Below are positions 23,278 to 33,426 of a stretch of 64,000 bases of DNA, in pieces. Each line of letters opens with the position of its first letter. The first letter of the stretch is position 1. The notes below the pieces were generated by a model. The model was given only the letters and a program-made list of their open reading frames with translations, was not told the origin of the DNA and did not search any database. Position numbers and translations under genes: made by a program. The DNA is taken from NCBI GenBank assembly GCA_000004985.1, contig GG738893.1; one strand, 5' to 3'. This stretch comes from Naegleria gruberi (lineage: Eukaryota).

Positions 23278-24420
23278 TCAGTTTTCACCAGAGTTATTCT
23301 TCGTGTAAAGGTCTGTAAAGAATGATTCTAAATCTTTTGCTGACGGTCTGTTCTGTGGATCAGAATCAACCATTTTTAAAACCATCACACCAAATTCAGT
23401 AATATCCCACTTGATAGTTTTCATTATTAGATGTAAGTTGATATTTTCCTCATCCATAGCATTTTCGAATACTGCAGTGAACACCGTCCTATTTTTCAAA
23501 TATAAAAGTGAAGCTCCAAGGCTGTATATGTCTACTTTTTCATTATAATTGAGCTCTTGGCTAACCTCTGGAGATTTAAACAGAAGAGTTCCCACATTTT
23601 CATTGGCAAGCACAGTTTCGTTTTCTCTCACTTCATAATAATAACCCTTTTCATCCTCTTCAATCTCAAAACTCACACCAAAATCTATTAAAACAAAGCA
23701 TGAAATATTACTTGCGTTATTGAATGATCTTTTCATGATATTGCTTGGTTTTATATCTCTGTGAACTATTTTGTTTGCATGAAGAAAACCCATAGCTATT
23801 GAAATATCACTTGCCAATTTTAAGAGATATGATTCATTGCAATCATCTTCATTAATGGATTGAAGCTTTTCAAATTCAACACTATTGGAATAAATATTAA
23901 GCACTTGTGGAAGGTATAGACAATACTCCTTCCTATTCACTAATCTCATTATTATATTTCTTTCTTCATTATTTACATCCTTAATTACTGAAGTGGTTCG
24001 AACAATGTAGATATCTTCACTATTGTTTACAACTCCAACAACTTGCTTATACTGTTTCATTCTTTTGTGAGGTTTGATTTTTCTGTCTGTTGTAAGTTCA
24101 TCAATTAATCCAACCTGATTTTTAAAGGGTGTCTCTAATGCAGGCCTATATGGCCTCATTTCTGAACCAATATCTTTAGGAACATAGTGTTGAATGAAAT
24201 ATCCAATGTCCAAAAACAATTTCAACATTTGAACTGGACGTGTCGAATATTGGTGCATGTAAATTGAATATTTGGGAACAATTAGCAATTCTTTCTGATA
24301 GTTCACTTCCTCAAAGTTTGCCTCTAAAATGAATAAGTAAACAACTCTTTGAAGATATGAAATTCCCATCACCTTACTGTATTTTGTCATTTCTTCCTTT
24401 TTGAAGGCATATTTTTGCAT
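23278..24420 (-). CDS. Protein kinase-like protein (C-lobe clear, atypical N-lobe)
   Basis: HRDIKPSNIM catalytic loop, DFGVSF, SPEV (APE-like) and C-lobe helices are present. No canonical GxGxxG or VAIK was recognised. Upstream ORFs 24454..24696 and 24689..25339 on the same strand are probably 5' exons of the same gene. Confidence 0.5.
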   Translation of the reverse strand: MQKYAFKKEEMTKYSKVMGISYLQRVVYLFILEANFEEVNYQKELLIVPKYSIYMHQYSTRPVQMLKLFLDIGYFIQHYVPKDIGSEMRPYRPALETPFKNQVGLIDELTTDRKIKPHKRMKQYKQVVGVVNNSEDIYIVRTTSVIKDVNNEERNIIMRLVNRKEYCLYLPQVLNIYSNSVEFEKLQSINEDDCNESYLLKLASDISIAMGFLHANKIVHRDIKPSNIMKRSFNNASNISCFVLIDFGVSFEIEEDEKGYYYEVRENETVLANENVGTLLFKSPEVSQELNYNEKVDIYSLGASLLYLKNRTVFTAVFENAMDEENINLHLIMKTIKWDITEFGVMVLKMVDSDPQNRPSAKDLESFFTDLYTKNNSGEN

Positions 24421-24453
24421 GTTTTCTCTAATTTCGTATAAACATAATCTGAA

Positions 24454-25339
24454 TCAAATTACGCACCTTAATAAACTCTTCATACATATTATCAACTTGT
24501 GAAAATCAGTTCCCAATTGATACCATTTTTCAGTTTCATCCAAAGCTTTGTCTTCTTTCAGTAAAAAGGTGATTTCCTTATTATATAAATATCCATCATT
24601 TCGTTGATTTATCAAAGGTAATTCATCACTCAACCAAACTGTTGATTGCATATCACTATCAACCGTAAGTAAAAGAGGTTGTAATGACCTACCCATTCAA
24701 ATTAATTGTCCCAAATGAAGAGCAAATCACATCCAATAGACTGTTAATGGCAGAGGAGACTATTAGTTCTCCAATATTAGTTCTACAAGACATATCATGT
24801 AATTTTCGGGTTGCTAATATCAATTCACACAAGCACATTCGTGTAATATTACAATCAGAAAGGATGGACTCAATTTGATTCTTCAACATTTCACAAGCCT
24901 CTGTTTCAAAGCACGATTCTGACTTTTTTAATAATAACTGAGCAATATTGTCTGCATCTTCAATTGGAAACTCAAAGTTTTGATTCCAATCCTTCGGAAC
25001 AACATTTAAGGCATTAAAGAATGAAGCCTTTCCTTCAACCCAACACGGTTGCTTACTAGGTAAAGTTTTTACTCTTTCGCAATAATTTAAAAAAAACTCT
25101 AATTTACAATCATCATCATCAATAGTGTCCAGCAAGGAATTAAGCCTTTGATACCAGAGAGCTTTATCTGTTTTCTTCTCTTGCTTTCTCTTTAGCATTT
25201 TTTTTTTTAAATTTGAAAAAATATTAAGAAGCGCGAGTGCAACAGTTTTGTGATAAGGGATGTTATGGTAAGGATTGTGAAATTGCTGATTTTCATGTGG
25301 AGGAAATGATGGGTAGTAAATGATCCAACTGCAATGCAT
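24454..25339 (-). CDS. Probable 5' exons of the kinase gene, or a separate hypothetical protein (two ORF segments: 24689..25339 and 24454..24696)
   Basis: Same strand, contiguous and frame-shifted relative to each other. No recognisable domain. Confidence 0.25.
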
Positions 25340-25537
25340 TGGAGATGACCCAGTGCTTTATTATTTGACCAAATTCAATATTTGTACAATCTCAATATCT
25401 TTTTTGAATATCAGTGGCTAACCTAACCAACTATTTAACAGAGATCTACTTCTCAAATGTTTTGTGTGAGATTTCAAATATATGTCATTTGGATCGCTTA
25501 CAATAAACAATATTTGAAAAAAACAAACTCACACAAA

Positions 25538-25664
25538 ATGTTTTTCCTACTGGAAACAAAAGCTGCTAGTTATGCCTTGTTCCGTATTTTGGATGAAAGT
25601 AAAATTGGCAGTGTGCAATCAATCAATGAATTGTTTGATTCTAATAATCAATCACTTTCGGAAT
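25538..25664 (+). CDS. Nop5/56/58-family protein, exon 1 (NOP5 N-terminal motif)
   Basis: ATG at 25538 encodes MFFLLETKAASYALFRILDESKIGSVQSINELF. This matches the conserved N-terminus of Nop56/Nop58 (MLVLFETxxGYAIFKVLDE...). A GTATGT donor follows. Confidence 0.5.
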
Positions 25665-25730
25665 AGTATGTATATATTTTCTCCAAATAATTACAATTTC
25701 TAATGATGATGATGATGATATATGAAATAG

Positions 25731-27435
25731 TATTAAATTAGTATCGTTGGAAAGCTTTCAAAATTTATCCGAAACTAATGCTGAATTAAAATTGGAAAAG
25801 TTGGCCAAGTTATTGCATCAATTGACTGATCAAAGTTTATTGATGGTTTGTGATGAAAAACTTGGAGCTACCATCAAGAGTGAATTTGATATTGAATGCA
25901 TCTGTGATGAGATAGCAATTGCCTTGACGAAATTAATTCGTTCTAGATTTGAACACTTGTTGAGAGATGCAAATATTGATGATTTGGAAGAAACTCTTTC
26001 TAATAATCAAGCAAAAATAGAAAAAACTGATACAATGATTGTCCAATCTGTTTCATTATTGGATGAGCTTGAAAAGGAAGTGAATACGTATGTAATGAGA
26101 GTTAAGGAATGGTATGGTTGGCATTTTCCTGAATTGGCAAAGATTTTATCTGATGATTCTCTTTATATAGAGACTGTTTTATGTCTTCAAAATAGAAGCA
26201 ATGCCCAAAATGCTCCATTGACCAATTTTTTAACACAAGCTTTGGCTTTACAAGTTAGAGAAGGAGCCAGTTTTTCAATGGGTGGTGATATTTCTGATGA
26301 AGATATGCTTCAAATTACTAAATTGGCTGAGCAAGTTAAAAGTGTGAGTGAATACAGATCTTCCCTCTTGGATTATGTAAAGAAAAGAATGCAAACCATA
26401 GCACCAAATTTGACTAATCTAGTTGGTGAAATAGTTGGTGCTCGTTTAATTGCTAAATCTGGTGGTTTGGTGAGTTTGGCTAAACAAACATCAGCTTTGA
26501 ATAGTAATAGCAACATTTCTGAACGTGCTCTATTAAGAGCATTATCAAAAAAACAAAACACTCCAAAATATGGTTTATTATATTATCGCGATACACAAAA
26601 AAAGCGTGCTGAATTGGAAAGCGTAGCCAAGGATTCGACTCAAAAGAGAATTCATCAAGTTTTGCCAGCTGATTTATTGCTTGAGATATTTGTAATACTA
26701 TTCGATAGTTTAAACGATGATTGGCAATTCACAACTTTACAAAATTGTTCACTAGTTTGCAAGGAATGGAATGATTTGTTGAATTGGAGAAATTATTCAC
26801 ATGACAGCAATTTGTGGAAATTACTTTTGAGAAATAATTCTATTACATTGGATCAAGAGGAAACTACAGATGTTAGAAAGGAATTATGTAAATATTGGAT
26901 TCCAAGAGGAGAATTGACTGAAATTAGTCCAAATATTGAATTTAGTTATTTTGATTTTGGAAATTATCAAACTTTTGGAGAAATTCATGCTTTCAAAATG
27001 AAAAAGTCATTTGGATTTGGAATTTTAAAACGAATTATTAAGCAAGATGAAGAGATTCATGGATTATTCAAAGAATTCATGACCAATGCCAATCCAGAGC
27101 TTTATTTCCAAGATATTTCCTTAAATTCAGATCTAGTAGACAAGTACGAATCATCTATGGATGATGCCAGAGAGGAATATAATGGAGGAAGAACCTTTGA
27201 GGAAGAAAAGAAGGATTTGGAATCTGATTGTTTATTCTCGCAATTAACTGAACACATCAGAGGAGAAAAGGTAGAGCTATCGGATTTGAATCATTTAAGA
27301 GAATTCATTAAGGAGGAATGTCCTATTGTGGCTGAATATAAGGATTGTATTATTGGTGGTGTATTCTCAATGGCTTTTCTATTAATTACGAAACATGAAC
27401 GATGCGTTTATTTCGAATATTGTGCTGAGGTGTAG
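25731..27435 (+). CDS. Nop5/56/58-family protein, main exon: coiled-coil + Nop domain, fused to a C-terminal F-box-like region
   Basis: TDTMIVQSVSLLDELEKEVNTYVMRVKEWYGWHFPELAKIL and IAPNLTNLVGEIVGARLIAKSGGLVSLAKQTS...TPKYGLLYY align with the Nop56/58 Nop domain. Downstream lies LPADLLLEIFVILFDSLNDDWQFTTLQNCSLVCKEWNDLL, which is F-box-like. There is no KKE/D tail. Confidence 0.6.
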
Positions 27436-27496
27436 GTTTCTTGGCAATCTCATTAAATAAAATTACAAAAATTAGCATTAGAAAGAGAAAAGGATT

Positions 27497-30235
27497 TTAA
27501 TAGGAAGCCAATGCTTCAAAAGCTTGTTTGGCAGTTGGTCTTGAATCTGGATCCAAATTTAACATGTCAAATGTGAGTTTTTTAAGTGAGGTAATAATTT
27601 CCAAATCTTGTCCAGACCAAGTTCTCTCGATTTGGGTGGTCAAAAAGTCGAATTCACCATTTTGGACTTTTCCTTTCACATCAGTATTAAAATCAAATGA
27701 AAGTAATTGGTAGAACATGACTCCCATCGACCAGATATCTGTTGAGAGGTTGTATCCTCTTCTACTTGACATTTCAGGACTCATATAACTATTAAATTGA
27801 AAATTATTGAAATCTTGTTAATTAAAAGTGAAAACTTACCTTGCAGTACCTGCAACTTGAGTTTCAGTTTTGAGTAAAGTCTTAGCCAAACCAAAATCAG
27901 ACAAGATTGGTTTGAGTGTCTTGTTAGCCAAATCAATGGATTCAATCAAGACGTTTTGAGGTTTGATATCTCTGTGGACAATTGAATATTCTTCATGTAA
28001 ATAGGTCAAGGAATCCATCAATTGTTTCATAATTGAGCCCAATAACTTTTCAGTAATGATTTGAGATTGATTCTTAACAAGCTCATACAAGTCACCATGA
28101 CTGTACAATGGCATGGCGAAACAAAGATATCTCTTTGTTTCAACACCCATAATACCAATGTCAGAGCTTTGAACTTCAAAGACATCTGAAATTCTGGCAA
28201 TGTTTGCGTGATCCAATTGCAACATTTGAATACCTTCTCTCATGGATCTGTTAAAGTTTACAATACTGTCAATTTCAATGTATTTAAGGGCACAAAGAGA
28301 TGGTTTGGTCTCTGTTGAGGAATAGGCATTGGCAGAATAAACACTACCGAAACCACCCTTACCAATACGTTTCAAGATTTGATACTTGTCATTGACCAAC
28401 TGAATATTAGTGTTTCTTTCAATAATTTGACTGATTTGGTTGACTTGGATTTCTTCCTTAATAATTCTAATCTTGGCAACTTTTGGTGATCTAGGAATAT
28501 CTTCAATTCTCTCTAATTCAACCCAATCATTGATAGAATCTTCAAAGTATTCTACAATAACTCCCCTATCAAACAATTCATTCATGCTTTGATGTTCTTC
28601 TTGGATTTGGAACTTTTCAAGAATGGACTTGACAAGTAATGCAAAAGTGATATTTCCAGATTCCTTAGTCTTCTTCTTCTTTCCATTAAATTCAATGAGG
28701 AGAATGAAATCTTCACCTGCTTGTGAATCGTCATCTCCACTTTGCAAATTCTTCTTCAAATCAAATAATTCTTCAATGTAGGTCTTATTGCTGTCAAACA
28801 AGAGTTTCTTACTCTCATTGATTGATGTCTCATAGAAATCATATTTTTCACTATTGAAAAACTTTTCTGGATTATCCTTAACCATATTATACAATCCATT
28901 ACAGAAAAGTCTTTCAATTGGTTCATTTCTCAGCTTGATTAAATCTCCCAATGTAACAACAGCCTCTTCAATGAATGGCTCCACATATTCTGGATATTTG
29001 GCTGCCTCCTTATAGACCTGTGCACAATAACTAGCACAGACAGTTGCTGGCAATTTGGCTGCAAAATAAACTTTGGAATATCTTTGGAAAAACATTTTGA
29101 AATCTACCTTGGCCAATGTTGGATATACAGCTCCCAAAACTGCCTTTGAAGTTTCACTAGCTCCATACTTAATTACCAATTGATTCATATTATCATTCCT
29201 CAAAATATCCAACAATAGGTCAATTTTTTCCTGAGTTCCAAATGCCATTTGAATAAACAATGAAAAGAGTGTAATAATATTCGAATCTTGCTTTTCAATC
29301 AAATGACAATGTCTCAACAATACTTTCACAACCAATCTTAAATCATCTGTCACTTTTCCAAGTGCCATCACTTGCAAAACAGAAGAAATAATCGAATTAA
29401 TTGTAAATATATTATCCATATATAAATCAAGAGTTGTTTTCAAACTGTCAAATGTAAATGCTACAGTAGATGGTAGCTCATCTCTTGTTTGACAATTATT
29501 TTGTTGTAAAATCAAATCTAATTGTCGTTGAATGGGTTGGAGTGAGCTTGACATTGGAGAGGATGAAACAATTGCTTTCAATTCGGAGAGAGAAACTAAA
29601 AATTCACCTTGTTTGGTTGCATCTTGTGGAATTTCCTCTTGATTAGTTTCGGTAGTTTCGTCTGGAATTTGAGGAGTGGTTTCTTCTTGTTCTTGCTGTG
29701 GAATTTCTTGTGTGGAAATGGTTTCTTCTTCTTCTTGTTGTTGTGGAATAGTTTCAGAGGTTTCTTCTGGAATAGTTTCGTCTACTACTTGAGAGGTTTC
29801 TTCCAAGGAATTTTCTGTTGATGATTCTACAATGGATGATGAAGGTAATTCTTCAACAACAATAGAGGATTCGTCTTGAGATTCCAATGGTGCTGAAGGA
29901 GTTTCTTCTTGTGGTGGAACAATAGTTGATGTTGTTTCGTCTTGAGATTCTTCCAATGTTGTGTGAGTTTCTTCTTGTGGTGGAGCTGATGGTTCAATAG
30001 AATTTGATTGATCATTAGAAGTGATTGTTTCGTTTCGAATATTTTCATTAATGATGATATTTGATGGTTTACTACTTTCGTCCGGAATAGTTTGAATATT
30101 CTGTGGTTGGTTATCATCAGAACTAGTTGGTTTCTTGAAAATTGTTCGTTTTGGTGGAATGTTAGAAGCAGTGTTATTATTATTCGATTCTGCTTTCTTC
30201 TCCCACATTGAAAGAAGAGAACTCAACTTGCCCAT
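27497..30235 (-). CDS. Serine/threonine protein kinase with a long N-terminal S/T/E/Q-rich region and an unassigned central domain; 2 exons (30235..27836, 27784..27497)
   Basis: ATG at 30235. Kinase motifs: IGKGGFGSVY, ALKYI, HRDIKPQNVLI, DFGLAK. The splice ACTGCAAG|GTAAGT...tttaatag restores GTASYMSPE. Subdomains IX–XI sit in the second exon. Confidence 0.75.
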
Positions 30236-30599
30236 TTTTTTTTCTAGATGACAAAAAAGTGTTCTGATTTGTTCCCTTTCACATCAACAAATGTTCATCA
30301 TCATCTCCACAAAGAAACATTAATATACAATAAATTGTATAAAAACTAATTAAAAAAAACTATTCGAAACTCAAATAGAGACTCATATTCATTGCATCAT
30401 TTACTTAAATTCTCTATGAATTGAATGTTTTTCAATGGAAATTATTCCACCATCCTCTTCTCCATCCTCATCATTCTTCTCTTTCAAAAACTTGGCTCTA
30501 TATTTAATTTCACTAAATTCACCATGTAAGGTTTGCCATGAATTGCGAGGGAGAAAACTATTCTTTCCCGATCTACATTTCCATTCAAAAGTTTCACTT

Positions 30600-31472
30600 C
30601 TATTGGCGAACTGCTACCTGATCCAAATTTTCCACAAAACATTTGGCTTGCTCTTTATGGTAAATGGACGAAATGCCAATTTTTGAGCTAGTTGACTTTT
30701 CAGAATCGAATAGAATTTTGTAAAAATCTTCAAAATTATCAAATCGAATACAGACACACAGGGCAGCAATTGTCATTTCAGTCCTTTGTAAAATCTTTTC
30801 TTTCGAGTTGACTAGGGAAACAATGACACGATCTGTCCACACATTTGGTGAATACTGTTCAGAACCGAGAATTGTAAGAATGGCAGCCATCTTTGCCAAA
30901 CTATATTTCATTTCAAAATCAAATTCTTCTCCATCCCTTTTAAAGGCAACTTCCACATTTGGTCTAAACGGATTGGGAATTCGAAACTCTGTAAATGTCT
31001 CCAAACTAAATTCTGTAATAATTTCCTCTTCCTCTTCTGAATCATTCTCACTACTACTACTACAACTACAACTACTCAAATCATTATCATCATTGTCATC
31101 ATTCTTTCGTTTCTTTTTGGGTGGTGAAGTAATTTTCTTCTGCCTCTTCTTTCCATCATTATAATACTCGGCCTCATCTTCCTCCTGATACCAAATCAGA
31201 TATCTATGAAATAGTGGAAAACAAAACAAGGTTCTAAATAATAGGTACCAATATTCATCCCGATCAAGCTTTTCGGAAAAGATTAATTGATCACTCCACT
31301 CAAAATCTGCTTCCATCAATAGATCGGAATAGAGCGGAAACCATAGATCATTATGTTTACTTGCCTTGTACCATTTTCTATTGATTAATTGAATGGAATT
31401 GCTGAGCAGTGATTGTGGCGGTAAAAATTGGAAAATTTTGAGGAGGAAAAATTCATTCACTTGTTTTGGCAT
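30600..31472 (-). CDS. F-box-like protein with acidic Ser-rich linker
   Basis: N-terminus FFLLKIFQFLPPQSLLSNSIQLINRKWYKASKHNDLW is F-box-like. ATG at 31472. Confidence 0.45.
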   Translation of the reverse strand: MPKQVNEFFLLKIFQFLPPQSLLSNSIQLINRKWYKASKHNDLWFPLYSDLLMEADFEWSDQLIFSEKLDRDEYWYLLFRTLFCFPLFHRYLIWYQEEDEAEYYNDGKKRQKKITSPPKKKRKNDDNDDNDLSSCSCSSSSENDSEEEEEIITEFSLETFTEFRIPNPFRPNVEVAFKRDGEEFDFEMKYSLAKMAAILTILGSEQYSPNVWTDRVIVSLVNSKEKILQRTEMTIAALCVCIRFDNFEDFYKILFDSEKSTSSKIGISSIYHKEQAKCFVENLDQVAVRQ

Positions 31473-31552
31473 TTTTTTTTAATGTTTTCGAGCATTTGCT
31501 GGAAGTTTGAGTGAACTTTGTTAATTTTCTATTGGAATGTTGAGTGGGAAAT

Positions 31553-33190
31553 TTATTTGAGAAGAACAGGACTGTATTTACCTCTAGTACAAGCAACCAG
31601 AAGGCATGCCATCCCATAGAATATCATAGAAGTCCATAAAATAATGGTTGGAGCGAGTGGTGTCGTTGCCTGAAGAACATTCGTATAGATGAGCATGAGT
31701 ACTTCACAAATTGTTTGGAAAGCAATAGTTACGAGCATGGTAGTGGATGGATGCACTGGATAGGTAATGTAAACTGTCATTTGAGTCAATAATGATGGAG
31801 TAGGACCTGTGAAAAATCCAATAATGACAAATGCCATTCCTGACATGACTAACATTCCATCATCCTTATACCACAACGTTAGAATGCAAAACCAGAGATA
31901 TCCCAAACTCCCCGAAAAGCTCGTAATGATAGTAATCAATCTAAACTGTTTCGTTCTGTCAAAAAGAAATGAAAAGATAAAAGATCCAATCGTTCCAAAC
32001 ACAACCAAGATAATGTTCATATTTCCTGCATCGATAGCTGTATACTTATTCACCTTAATTACCTGCTCAAGAATTGAAATGCTATTGGTAGCAGCGGAGA
32101 AGAGTGAGATGGCTCCCAACAACATGAAATAGGATGGCATTCTTATTAAGGTCTTTAGACCAAACATGAGAGTTTGTGGAGGATACACATCCTTACTTTC
32201 TTCTACTTTCTTTTCAGCGGTCGATTCTTCTTCTGACAACATTGGCTCAGTAAGTGAAGATGGCGAATCCTCCTTTTCAGTTGGTGCATAAAGAGGTGGA
32301 GTTGGTGGTTTTTCCTTGAAGAATAACAGTCCCAATAACCCAACTATTGTTACAAAAATTGCTTGGGATATGAAAAAGATTGAAGTTCCCAATACGGAGA
32401 ACCTTAAATCTTCTGAACTTTCACTGCCAATGGTCATTACTCGAGTGCTGATGGTTATTCCGACAATGCTTCCAATGGCACCAGCTGCAATAATAACGGA
32501 CATGATGAATGTTCTTTCATTATTACCAAACCAGAGCATGCCCAATAGGTCAGTAGTATGATTAAGGAAAGGTAAACCAATTAACATGACAACATGTCCA
32601 ATGAATGAAATCCAATATGATGATTCAGTTCCCTATTTGATTCGTATTAAATTAAGAGAATTGATGCGGAAACTTACCTGAATTCCCATTAATTTAATCC
32701 AAGAACCCACTGAGGTGAGAATTGAAAAAACCACAATCGAAGTTCTCAATCCAAAATTCTTAATAACAAAGGAAACAACCAGAGATAATGGAATGGCAAA
32801 CGGTCTTGTCAGCAAACTACTCACATTAATCTTCCAATTCTGATTGCTGCCAAGATGATAATATTTCATCATGAGTGTTCTGCATTAAGGCAATTAAGAG
32901 AATATATATATTAAGGATCATGCAAATATTGAGGAAACTTACCCTGCTGATGAGAATGTTGCGGTACAAGTAGGTCCAACAATCATCAAGAGAGCAAACA
33001 ATAATAATTGGAACCATCTTCTGATATACAATTTTGGTGTCTGCTGCTCTTTTGTTAGTTCCTCTTCTTCTTGTGGTACAATATTTGACCCATCAGAAAT
33101 ACTGTCCACCGTACATGCTGATAATGATTGAATGTTATTGATCGAGTTGGAGTTGGAGTTGGGCATCTCCTGAATATCTTCTTGTTGCAT
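31553..33190 (-). CDS. MFS transporter, FLVCR/MFSD7-like, about 4 exons (ORF segments 32939..33190, 32826..33017, 32633..32872, 31553..32587)
   Basis: N-terminus KLYIRRWFQLLLFALLMIVGPT resembles the FLVCR family. Many predicted TM helices continue across frame-shifted ORF segments separated by GTAAGT-type introns. ATG at 33190. Confidence 0.55.
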
Positions 33191-33426
33191 TTTTATAGGG
33201 ATATTGAAATTTCACACACAGCGTTGATTTTCTCTCAAATGAAGAAACATTGCGCATATTATGTAGTAAGCGGGCTCAAAATAAATTCCTGAGAATTATG
33301 CACACCGTAGTGGAACCGGAGATTACTAGAAAAAGAGAGGGATATTTCATCCTCATTCCTTCTATTAAGGAGTCGTAGGAAATGGCAAGAATCAACAGAT
33401 TTTGGTAAGGGAATTGATAATGGACT

